Below are positions 41,481 to 50,436 of a stretch of 64,000 nt of DNA, piece by piece. The notes below the pieces were generated by a model that did not search any database, was not told where the DNA came from, and was given only the letters and a program-made list of their open reading frames with translations. The translations under genes were made by a program, and so were the position numbers. This stretch comes from an uncultured Acidobacteriota bacterium. Lineage in GTDB: Bacteria; Acidobacteriota; UBA6911. The DNA is taken from contig CAWEJX010000001.1 in assembly GCA_963809485.1 (NCBI GenBank), positions 352,001 through 416,000 of the forward strand, written 5' to 3'. Every line of letters starts with the position of its first letter. Positions within the stretch are counted from its first letter, which is position 1.

Positions 41481-41986
41481 GGACAACTCCTGACGCCAAG
41501 GACAACATTGTTCAATATCTGAAGATCCAGCACATCCACCCTGCTGTCCTGGTTCAGGTCGTAACTTGCGGAGGAGACGTTTATGCCAAGGATTACGTTT
41601 GCAAGTGCCTGCAAATCGAGGGCATCGATGGATGAATCGCCATTGATGTTGCAGGTAACCGAGGAGGTCCCGATAGTCCGGGAAATTTCATTGGAAAAAT
41701 CACTTTCATTCCCATCGACATCGATGGCTGTGACCGCGAAATAATAGGTCCCGCCGCTCAGTTTCGGGACCAGGTATGTAGTCTGGTTTCCGATCAGAAT
41801 CGGAGCGCCGTAAGTCCCAGAGGTCGTGCCAACATAAACCTTGTAGCCTGCGATATTTGTAGAAACACTCGGATCCCACACTAGTGGAACATCGGCAGCC
41901 CAGGCTCCTGCGCAACTGCATATCACGACCAAGATGGCCAATAAAGTTATCGGGAAGGAACGGAAGCATAATCGCCAGGTCGACAT
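41477..41986 (-). CDS. Secreted FN3 + dockerin-domain protein
   Basis: Signal peptide ending AWA; FN3 (LVWDPS...AGYKVYVGTTSGTY...YYFAVTAIDVDGNESDFSNE); duplicated Ca-loop NINGDSSIDALDLQALANVILG / DLNQDSRVDVLDLQILNNVVLG. Confidence 0.85.
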   Translation of the reverse strand: MSTWRLCFRSFPITLLAILVVICSCAGAWAADVPLVWDPSVSTNIAGYKVYVGTTSGTYGAPILIGNQTTYLVPKLSGGTYYFAVTAIDVDGNESDFSNEISRTIGTSSVTCNINGDSSIDALDLQALANVILGINVSSASYDLNQDSRVDVLDLQILNNVVLGVRSCP

Positions 41987-42214
41987 AGTCTTTCTCCGGA
42001 TCTATGCCCTGAAGTATCGGCAACTTGTCGAAAAATCCGGTGACCTCCGTCACCAAAGCTTCCATTTGGCGGGGAGCCTGCAAAATCTGTGTTATTGTTG
42101 GAATGCGAATTATGCTAGGATGCGGCCTGGAACATGAGGCAGGCACAAATAGCCTGACAGGGAAACGACAGGTGAGGGATTTCCCTGGCAGGAATATTTT
42201 GCCTGCCTTTATTT

Positions 42215-43594
42215 TTAGGATCCCTTTTTCACCAGGACGGTCTTGATTGTCTCGAGGATAATAAGGGCGTCCAGAACCCAAGACATATTCTTGATGTAGA
42301 AAAGATCGTACTGCAGTTTTTCCACGGTGTGATCCAGCGTATTGGCATACCCGTAGTTGATTTGGGCCCATCCGGTGATTCCAGGCTTTACGACGTGGCG
42401 CAGCGGGTAAAAGGGTATTGATTCAGCAAGCTGTTGAACAAAGTGAGGACGTTCCGGCCTGGGACCAACGAGGCTCATATCTCCGCGCAAAACGTTGAAG
42501 AACTGCGGCAGTTCATCCAACCGCGTCCGGCGCATTATTTTGCCAAGGCGTGTGACTCGGCTATCCCCTTCCGCGGACCATACGGGACCGGTCTCTGCTT
42601 CGGCGTCTTCACGCATGGAACGAAATTTCACCAGCCAGAAGGTTTTCCCGTCCTGTCCTACGCGCTCCTGTCTATAGAATATCGGTCCTTTGGAATCCAG
42701 CTTGATCAGAACCATCAGGAGAAGAATAACGGGAGATAAAACCAGTAAAAGGACCGAGGATATTGCAACCGATAACACCCGCTTTTGAAAAAAAATGCGC
42801 TTGGAAACCGCAAATCCCTGGTTGAAGACCATCCAGCTGGGCTTCAGGTTTTCGATCGGAATTTTTCCAGCCACGCGTTCATAGAAGGCGGTTGCATCTT
42901 CGATGGCAATACCCCGGGTTTTGTATTCGAGAAGTTCTTTTATGGGCAGCTTCCCTCTGCGATCCTGCAATCCGACGACAATTCGATCCACCTTGTGATT
43001 CTCAACCAGTTTCGGCAGCTCTTCGTAGACTCCGACCACGCTTGGATTCACAATGGATTGCCCGACAAGCTTCGGATTGTCACCCACAAAGCCGACAACC
43101 CTTATGCCCAACTCGGGGTGCCTCAAAATCTCTCTTACGGCCTCGCGGGCGAGAGTGCCGGTTCCGAGCACCAGCAGGTTGGTGTGTGGAGCGCGACGGT
43201 CCCAATAGACGCGCAGGACAGAATGCCAGATCACAAGGAAGGCGCAGCTAAGCACCAGGCTGATTCCGAAAACTCCGCGGCCGATCATAACGCTCGGCGC
43301 TATGAAATAGAGAACACATAAGACCACGGTTGCCATAAACAGCGCCTGACAGAGGCGGAGGATATATTCCTTTGAAGAACGCGTTCTGCGGGACCCGTAT
43401 ATGTCGTTCAGGTGGAGCGAAAGCTGGAAAATTGCGGCGACCAATATTGCTTTTAGCAGCATGTGGTCGCCATTGCTTGAAGCCAGGGGGGATTCGCTCA
43501 GGCGGAGAAGATAGGCAGCCAAGACGCACCCTACCAAAAGCAGGGTTTCGACGAAGACCGCGCCGAATTTCCGCAACGCAAGATACCGCCACAT
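42215..43594 (-). CDS. Priming polyprenyl-phosphate sugar transferase, PEP-CTERM/exosortase A-associated type
   Basis: N-terminal TMs, Rossmann-like middle domain, FYERVAGKIP, KFRSM, RLDELPQFFNVLRGDMSLVGPRPERP, VKPGITGWAQI, EKLQYDLFYIKN. Confidence 0.92.
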   Translation of the reverse strand: MWRYLALRKFGAVFVETLLLVGCVLAAYLLRLSESPLASSNGDHMLLKAILVAAIFQLSLHLNDIYGSRRTRSSKEYILRLCQALFMATVVLCVLYFIAPSVMIGRGVFGISLVLSCAFLVIWHSVLRVYWDRRAPHTNLLVLGTGTLAREAVREILRHPELGIRVVGFVGDNPKLVGQSIVNPSVVGVYEELPKLVENHKVDRIVVGLQDRRGKLPIKELLEYKTRGIAIEDATAFYERVAGKIPIENLKPSWMVFNQGFAVSKRIFFQKRVLSVAISSVLLLVLSPVILLLMVLIKLDSKGPIFYRQERVGQDGKTFWLVKFRSMREDAEAETGPVWSAEGDSRVTRLGKIMRRTRLDELPQFFNVLRGDMSLVGPRPERPHFVQQLAESIPFYPLRHVVKPGITGWAQINYGYANTLDHTVEKLQYDLFYIKNMSWVLDALIILETIKTVLVKKGS

Positions 43595-43775
43595 GAACCT
43601 GTGCCCTCACTTCCACTGCAGCTTCAGTCTAACAGTTCATCGACAAGATGAAGGGAATCATTGATTAAAAAATGATTCGCCCGGTTAATTTTCTGAACTA
43701 GCGAAAAACATTAGGTTTAAGAATCAAGGAATGTTCGCGATCCCTTGGCGCCTAAGGCTGGGTGAGGGCCCACTT

Positions 43776-43804
43776 ATTATATGTTTCAATACGGCAGCCG
43801 TCAA
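43776..43804 (-). promoter_or_regulatory. Sigma70 promoter upstream of the sugar transferase
   Basis: Minus strand TTGACG-17 nt-TATAAT. Confidence 0.7.
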
Positions 43805-43859
43805 TACCAAATAAGAAGTTCATTGTTCACAGGCCACAGGAAGCTGTACCATATGCTTC

Positions 43860-44435
43860 GTGAATTTGGGATCAAGCCTGGCTCAATCCGTATATAACTA
43901 TCTCGACATCGGGAAATCACCGCGCCCTGCCGACTGCATTTACGTTCTCTCGGGCAATCAGGAACGAAATGCCTATGGCACCAAAATGTGGAGATACGGC
44001 TACTCGAGGCAGCTCATACTATGCGTCGGCAGGTCCGAGTTACCCAATTTTACGCAACTTAGGCTCGAAACAGACAGTGAGCCGGAACCCTTGTTGAAGC
44101 GGATGTCGGCTGCAGGAGATCATTTTCTGATTCGTAGAGATCGCCAGCAGACTTCCTATGCCCCGGCTCGAATGGGGCGATTGAAGATCCGTTCTGAGAC
44201 CCGCGCTTTGGCTGAGTACCTCAGCGATATACCCGTGCGATCTCTCCTCGTAGTCTCTTCACCCATCCACATGCGACGCGTGGCGCTATCCTTCCGGCGT
44301 GCCTTCCGAAAAGCCGGCGTGCATCTGGCTTTTGTAGCCGTGCCGGAAAATCCCTCGCTGTCTTCCCCTTCCATCCGGGCTGAAATCTGGATGGAGTTCG
44401 GGAAATATATTCTTTCTCGAGCCTTTTTACTCTGA
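43860..44435 (+). CDS. YdcF/ElyC (DUF218) family protein
   Basis: ADCIYVLSG..ER and SLLVVSSPIHMRRVALSF motifs. Confidence 0.75.
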   Translation: MNLGSSLAQSVYNYLDIGKSPRPADCIYVLSGNQERNAYGTKMWRYGYSRQLILCVGRSELPNFTQLRLETDSEPEPLLKRMSAAGDHFLIRRDRQQTSYAPARMGRLKIRSETRALAEYLSDIPVRSLLVVSSPIHMRRVALSFRRAFRKAGVHLAFVAVPENPSLSSPSIRAEIWMEFGKYILSRAFLL

Positions 44436-44614
44436 AACTCCGGGGCATCCGTTTGGATCGGACTCCTCTCAAAACCTGGAATCGGGGCTAATGCAGACCA
44501 CGGATTCATTCATTTTGCAATTTGATGCGCCAACCGTGCGTTAACTCGCTTCGGCTGCCCTGGTTTTCTGGGAACGCAACGGAAGCCGCCGCCGGTTTTC
44601 CGGATAACTCGGGC

Positions 44615-47600
44615 TTACAGTTTGGCCAATGTCGAACGGGCTTCATCGGCTCCGGAGAAGTTCGGGCTCAGGCGCAAAGCTTCCGAAAGTGAAGCCCTGG
44701 CGTTCGCTTTGTCGCCAGCTTTGAAATAACTCATCCCGAGATGATAGTGGAACACAGGATTTTTCGAATCCAGACGGACGCTCTCTTTGAGAGTCTGAAT
44801 CGCAGACTGGAAGGATCCTTGACGGTAATAAACCCAGCCAAGCGTATCCGTAACACTTGCCGAACCAGGCAGCTTTCTTTTGGCAATTCTTGCCAGACTT
44901 AATGCTTCGTTCAGGTCGCCGCCTGTTTCGGCCAGCAGCCAGGACAGATTATTCGCGGCCACCGTGAACTGCGGATCAATTTTTAAAGCTTCCCTGTAGC
45001 TCTCTATCGCCTTGGTTTTGTTCTTCTGCAATTCATAAATCGCGCCGAGTAATGCCCAGCTTTGAGAGGATTCCGGGTTGAGTTTGATAGCGTTATCCAA
45101 TTCCCTGATGGCCTGGTCTGCGGAATTTTGCATCCCGTATAGTTGCCCAAGGAGCTGATAGGTGCTCAGGTTGCTGCTATCGAGAGACAGCGCCTTGCGA
45201 TAGGACTGTTCGGCATTTGTATAATCGCTTCGGCTGGCATAAATCCGTCCCTGAATCTCGTAAAGCTTTGCATTCTTAGGAGATTTCTCAATCTGCTGGT
45301 TGACAAGCTGGAGAGCTTTTTCGGGATTCTTTCGAGCCAGGGCAATCTCCGCAAGGGCTGTCACCGGTTCCGCGTCACCCGGATTTGCTTTGACTGCCTC
45401 GTTCAGCAATTCCTCGGCTTTGGCAGTATTTCCCAAGCCATAATAGGCAAGCCCCAGGCGGTTGAGTGCCAAGGAATCCCCGGGCTTGACTTTCAGATAC
45501 GCTTCATAAGCATCTACCGCTCCTCTGTAATTTCGCTGGGCGTCGTAGGCGGCTCCCAGGCTCAGGCGTGCATCGGAAGAATTCGGATTTACTCGAAGGG
45601 CTTGTTGTGCGAAGCGAATAGCAGAAGCATAGTCACCGCTGTCATACTTGAGCCGGCTCAGTGCAATGTGGGCGATAGCCATCCGTGGATCCAATTCCAC
45701 AGCCCTGTTCCACGCCTCTTCGACCTTTGCAGATTTCGGATCCTTAAGGTATAGGGCCTGACCCAAGACAAAGTGGGCGGAGGCCAACTTGGGATTGATG
45801 CCTATGGCGGCCTGCGCCTCCTCTATGGCAGCATCGGCGCTTCCCTTCCCACGAAGCAGATCGCTCTTGATGATGTGCGCTTCGGTGTCATTTGGAGTCC
45901 TTTTCAGGATTTCATCAATGACCTTTATTCCTTTATCCCAGGATTTCTGGCGGAGGTACTGGATTGCCAGTTGTTTGTTGTAGGAAACATTGCCAGGTTC
46001 CCTTTGTGCCAGGCTTTGCAGAAGATCGGTGCTCTTTTCAGGCTTTCCCGTCCGCGAATAAAAGCCTGCCAGCGCGGAAGCAACCGCCGGATTCTTCGGA
46101 TCGGCCTGAACCGCTTTTTTATAGAGGTCCTCTGCGCGGACCAGGTCTTTCCGGGATTCAGAAATTTCAGCCTGCAGGCGCAGAATGGGCGCCTGGGCCG
46201 CACCGTTTGTACGTGCCATTTGCTGATTCAACCGTTGAACAGCCTTGTCCGGCTTACCCTGCCGCATATAAAGAGCCGTGATTCCCGAGAGGGCATCAAC
46301 AGAAGACGTATCAGTTTTAAGGGCAGCTTCAAATTGCGCTTCCGCCCGAGGCAAATCGCCGGCCGTCAAATATGCGGCCCCCAACCGCTCTTGTCCACGT
46401 GCATCCGCAGGATTACGCTGAACGTATGCTTCCAATTCCGGGATTGCAGCTCCTGTATTGCCCTTTTGCATATGCGCCGCGCCCAGGATCAAATGCGCTT
46501 CGGTACGGTTCGGGGCAATCGTCAATGCCTGCTGGGCATAACGAATCGCGTTGTCCGCATCTCCTGCCTCGAGCTTCAGCTGTGCCAGAGCCAACACAGG
46601 CTGTACGAAGCGGCCTGGATTCCGGGCGGCCTCGGTCCACTCCTTTTCCGCTGACTGCCGATCCCCGGACTGGAGATACGCCATTCCCAGAAAGTGCCGT
46701 GCCTGGACCGAATCGGGATCTGCATCTGCAGCGGACTTGAATTGCTTCAGCGCATCAGCATATTTGCTCTGCGCATACAGGATTCTGCCTTTAAGCACCA
46801 GCGCGTCCATGTTCTTGGGATCACTTTTGAGAATTACGTCGGCTATTTCTTCAGCTTTGCCGTAAGCCTTCTGATTAATATAGGAATCGGCTAGCCTTTC
46901 TTTCAGTTTTTCATCGTCAGGATTCTCTTTCACAAGCCCTTCAAGCACCTCGGCGCTCTTGTCGGCCTTTCCGATCAAACTGTAAAAATTGCTCAGCGCC
47001 TGGCGTGCGGCCGAGTTTTTCGGGTCGACGGAAACTGCCTTCATATAGGCTTGTTCAGCCTTAACGGGATCGTTCATCCTCAAATAGGCTTGCCCGAGGA
47101 CCTCGTATAGCTGAACCTGTTTCGGATTCTGCTCTATGGCCCGGTTGATGCGATCCAAAGCCTTTTGCGGATTCTTCTGAGACATATAGAGGCCTGCGAG
47201 CGAAGCAAGGGCATCGAAGTATTGCGGATTGGCTTTTAGAGCAGTCTCGAACTGGGCTTCAGCCTGCCTGGCAGCGCCCTGGGTCATGTAAACCATGCCA
47301 AGCCTGTGATGGCCTGCCGCGCTCTCAGGATTGCGCTGCACGAACTCCTCGAGCTCTCTTGCTGCTCCCTGGTAATCCTTGTTGTTCGCCAGGGCGATTC
47401 CCAGAACCAGCCTCGCCTCGCGGGCATTGGCATCGATTGCCAACGCCTGTTTGGCGAGTGATGCGGCGGTCTGTGAATCGCCGGCATTCAACCTCAGCTG
47501 AGCGAGTGCGATGTAAGCCTGTGTCAGGGTGGCGTCATAGCGTAAAGCCTGAATCAGCTCCTGCTCCGCCTTTTGCTGGTCCTCATTCAATAGCAGTGCG

Positions 47601-48727
47601 AAGCCCAAGAAATAGTGGGACTGGCCTCTCGTGGGCAGGGCTTTGACGGCCGCTTCCAGCTTTGTCACGGCGTCCGGAATCCTTTTCTGTGCCAGCGCAA
47701 TCCTGCCCTGGATCAGAAAAGCATCACCGTCCTTGGGATTGATCTTAAGGATCTTTTCGGCCAGCTGGCTCGCTTTGTCCAGTTCATTGCGGGAAATGTA
47801 GATTCCTGCCAAACGCTTGAGGGGCAACGGATCCGAGGCATTGTCGGAAGCAAGCTTCCTATAGGCTTCCATGGCGCGTTCTGTCTGTCCGGTCCCGGCC
47901 AAAAAATCCGCAAGCACGATTTTGTGGATGATTTCATTCGGATAGATATCACACAGCTTGGCGTAGACAGCTTCAGCCTCGGAAAGTCTCTTGTTTTGCA
48001 TCAAAAAATAGCCAAGCGCATTGTACGCGCTGCGGGATTTTGGATCCGCTGCAATGGCGCTTTGGTAGAGCTGTTCCGCTTCCTGGGGACGCTGCGAGAG
48101 GGAGTAGTAATTGGAAAGGGCAATCCTCGGCTCGACGGAATCGGGGGCGACCTCAATAGCATGCCTGTAAGCTTCCTCTGCCAGCTCCGGCTGACGCACG
48201 GTTTCCCCAGGATCGGACAGCTTGAGAAAGGCAGGCATAAAACGCGGCTCAGGCTGAAGACCTTGCCGCATCTCCCCTATGGATTCGTCGAGCTGGATCA
48301 TGCGCGCGTAAGTGTTGCCGAGGAGTATTTGCGCATGGACATTGCTGGAATCGCGCCTCAAAATCAATTCAGCCTTGCCCCGGGCATCGTCGAACTTCCT
48401 TTCCATGAGCAGGATGTTGGCAAGCCTTAGCTGGGCGGACAGATTGTTGGGATCGAGCTGAATGGTTTTCATCAGGGTCCCGTACGCATCGCTGAATTGC
48501 CCCACACAAAGTTGCCCGAGCGAAAGCTTATAGTGCGCTTCCGGGAGATTTGGAGCAGCCTTTACGGCGTTCCGAAATTCAATCATCGCCTCTTTGTACT
48601 TTCCCTGAGACAAGTACTTTTCCCCGTTGCTTATGTACTTTTGGGGATTCTTGGAACAACCGGCAATCGATAGCATAAAGACAGCCAGGACAAGCCAGCC
48701 GGCACGGAATCGAAATGAGCTAGGCAT
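44615..48727 (-). CDS. Giant TPR lipoprotein, PrsT-like
   Basis: Lipobox IAGC; EAMIEFRNA; continuous TPRs; C-terminal AANNLSWLL...DTLGWVYY...YHLGMSY; exosortase context. Confidence 0.85.
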   Translation of the reverse strand: MPSSFRFRAGWLVLAVFMLSIAGCSKNPQKYISNGEKYLSQGKYKEAMIEFRNAVKAAPNLPEAHYKLSLGQLCVGQFSDAYGTLMKTIQLDPNNLSAQLRLANILLMERKFDDARGKAELILRRDSSNVHAQILLGNTYARMIQLDESIGEMRQGLQPEPRFMPAFLKLSDPGETVRQPELAEEAYRHAIEVAPDSVEPRIALSNYYSLSQRPQEAEQLYQSAIAADPKSRSAYNALGYFLMQNKRLSEAEAVYAKLCDIYPNEIIHKIVLADFLAGTGQTERAMEAYRKLASDNASDPLPLKRLAGIYISRNELDKASQLAEKILKINPKDGDAFLIQGRIALAQKRIPDAVTKLEAAVKALPTRGQSHYFLGFALLLNEDQQKAEQELIQALRYDATLTQAYIALAQLRLNAGDSQTAASLAKQALAIDANAREARLVLGIALANNKDYQGAARELEEFVQRNPESAAGHHRLGMVYMTQGAARQAEAQFETALKANPQYFDALASLAGLYMSQKNPQKALDRINRAIEQNPKQVQLYEVLGQAYLRMNDPVKAEQAYMKAVSVDPKNSAARQALSNFYSLIGKADKSAEVLEGLVKENPDDEKLKERLADSYINQKAYGKAEEIADVILKSDPKNMDALVLKGRILYAQSKYADALKQFKSAADADPDSVQARHFLGMAYLQSGDRQSAEKEWTEAARNPGRFVQPVLALAQLKLEAGDADNAIRYAQQALTIAPNRTEAHLILGAAHMQKGNTGAAIPELEAYVQRNPADARGQERLGAAYLTAGDLPRAEAQFEAALKTDTSSVDALSGITALYMRQGKPDKAVQRLNQQMARTNGAAQAPILRLQAEISESRKDLVRAEDLYKKAVQADPKNPAVASALAGFYSRTGKPEKSTDLLQSLAQREPGNVSYNKQLAIQYLRQKSWDKGIKVIDEILKRTPNDTEAHIIKSDLLRGKGSADAAIEEAQAAIGINPKLASAHFVLGQALYLKDPKSAKVEEAWNRAVELDPRMAIAHIALSRLKYDSGDYASAIRFAQQALRVNPNSSDARLSLGAAYDAQRNYRGAVDAYEAYLKVKPGDSLALNRLGLAYYGLGNTAKAEELLNEAVKANPGDAEPVTALAEIALARKNPEKALQLVNQQIEKSPKNAKLYEIQGRIYASRSDYTNAEQSYRKALSLDSSNLSTYQLLGQLYGMQNSADQAIRELDNAIKLNPESSQSWALLGAIYELQKNKTKAIESYREALKIDPQFTVAANNLSWLLAETGGDLNEALSLARIAKRKLPGSASVTDTLGWVYYRQGSFQSAIQTLKESVRLDSKNPVFHYHLGMSYFKAGDKANARASLSEALRLSPNFSGADEARSTLAKL

Positions 48728-48852
48728 GAATTCCTCCGTAAAGAAGCGACCGAAATCTTTGCAAATTAATCTCTTACCGGATCCTTTTCAATACATCCCC
48801 TGGATAATTCATCAGGAGTAACCCACGCAACGGTCATGGAATACAAGCTTCG

Positions 48853-49515
48853 TTAATCCGGGATGTATCGGAATAGCATCGGGTATATCCGTTTCGCGAA
48901 ATCCACGGAGAGTCCTTCCGCCTTTTCCTCAGCAGCCGCCTCCAGTGACTCCGCCGGGCACATGATACGTACAAGCGCCGCATCCGTGCGCCCCAAACGC
49001 ATTTTATCCACCATTCCGTAGATCAAGCCCCAGTATTCGCTGGCGATGACTCGTCCGCAACCCTGATACCAGTAGAGCACAACTTGTTTGTCCGCCCCTT
49101 TAAGAATTACAATCCGGTTAACGCGTATGGATTTCCTGCCGTTGCCATCAGGGGGTGCGGTTACCGGTATATCAAGATAATCCTTCTCGACAGGGATCCA
49201 CCCGGAACCCGGAAGGCAGTTCAGGGGAGAATGAAAACCTCCCTTGAGGTGGTAGCCGATGTAAAGCCCCACGCTCTGACCGTCAGAATTGGTGTATTGG
49301 CGGGTTACATAGTCGCTGACCTGAAGCATATTGCGGGCATTATCACTGAGGTCCGCCAGAGGCTGTCCTTTCCACGAGCCAAGCTGCATCGGCAGGGTGG
49401 ATAGTGAATCGCGCTGCGGAATGGAAGCCGGTTCGAAGGTGCGTGCCATGATTCCCGCACCTGCGAGAAGGCAGATGCAAAAGACCAAAATCCGGATTGC
49501 CATGGATATCTTCAT
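48853..49515 (-). CDS. epsI: EpsI family exosortase-associated protein
   Basis: LPMQLGSWKG, HSPLNCLPGSGW, VLYWYQ..GR, GRTDAALVRI. Confidence 0.9.
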   Translation of the reverse strand: MKISMAIRILVFCICLLAGAGIMARTFEPASIPQRDSLSTLPMQLGSWKGQPLADLSDNARNMLQVSDYVTRQYTNSDGQSVGLYIGYHLKGGFHSPLNCLPGSGWIPVEKDYLDIPVTAPPDGNGRKSIRVNRIVILKGADKQVVLYWYQGCGRVIASEYWGLIYGMVDKMRLGRTDAALVRIMCPAESLEAAAEEKAEGLSVDFAKRIYPMLFRYIPD

Positions 49516-49559
49516 CGCTCAAAGCTCCTCACGAAACCACCTGACCCCATAAAAGGTTG

Positions 49560-50408
49560 TTAAGCTGCAGCCGGTTCCTCAGCGGGATTATTCTTCGCAG
49601 GCGCCAGTCGAAGCAAGATTCGGTGCACAAGGAATAGCATGCAAAAGGCCACCACAAAGACCAGCCATCCTGAGAATGTATGGAAGAACCCCTCGGCCGC
49701 TTCCGGGCCGTAGTAATGCGCAGCCAGGCCAGTTCCGGAGACGCGGATCGCATTCGCCGCGATGGCAATCGGTACTGTGGACAGGGCGAGGATAACACGA
49801 AGCCAGGTTCTAGCTTCGATAAAATACCCATACACAATTCCCAGAGTCAGCAGCGATATCAACGACCGGATTCCGCTGCATGCCTCGGCAACTTCCAGAC
49901 TGGTATTGGCTAATTGGATCACGTTGCCTTCGCGCAGCACGGGGACCTGGCAGGCTGCCAGGGTCCATTCGCCGAAACGGGAAGACAGCAGCTGCAAGGG
50001 GAATGTCACCGGGTTGAAGATCACTGAAGGAATCGGAATCATGAGCAGCAGGAAAGCTATCGGGAAAGCCATCACTTTCAGGCGCGCCCAACCGCAAAGA
50101 AAGGCGATGCCACCGATCAGGCAGAAGAGCATCGCTATCCGGTTGACGAATGGATGCATATTCAGCACGGTTGCTAGGATTGCGGGCAGAAAAATGATCA
50201 TTCCTGTCCAGGAAGGTTTCCGGGGCGCTTGAGCAAACTTGCCTCGCCTCTCCCATGCAAAATAGAGGGCTAATGGCACGATCAGGAAGCCATGAGAGTA
50301 ATTGTCATCCCGCATCCAGTCACTGACCATTTCGACAATGACCTGTCGATAAAGCAAGGCAAAACATGCAAGAACAAGCAGCAGCGCTGCGGCGGTTTTT
50401 TTATTCAT
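49560..50408 (-). CDS. Exosortase (EpsH/XrtA type)
   Basis: YSHGFLI, REGNVIQL, catalytic-region motifs VAEACSGIRS, ANAIRV, FHTFSGW. Confidence 0.93.
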   Translation of the reverse strand: MNKKTAAALLLVLACFALLYRQVIVEMVSDWMRDDNYSHGFLIVPLALYFAWERRGKFAQAPRKPSWTGMIIFLPAILATVLNMHPFVNRIAMLFCLIGGIAFLCGWARLKVMAFPIAFLLLMIPIPSVIFNPVTFPLQLLSSRFGEWTLAACQVPVLREGNVIQLANTSLEVAEACSGIRSLISLLTLGIVYGYFIEARTWLRVILALSTVPIAIAANAIRVSGTGLAAHYYGPEAAEGFFHTFSGWLVFVVAFCMLFLVHRILLRLAPAKNNPAEEPAAA

Positions 50409-50436
50409 TTTAATCCCAAATATTTAGCCTGAATCT

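Noticed and set aside
42187-42216. GGCAGG/CCTGCC hairpin as terminator of the sugar transferase
   Set aside because: The T-tract is on the plus strand while the gene is on the minus strand, so termination before the dockerin gene is not supported.
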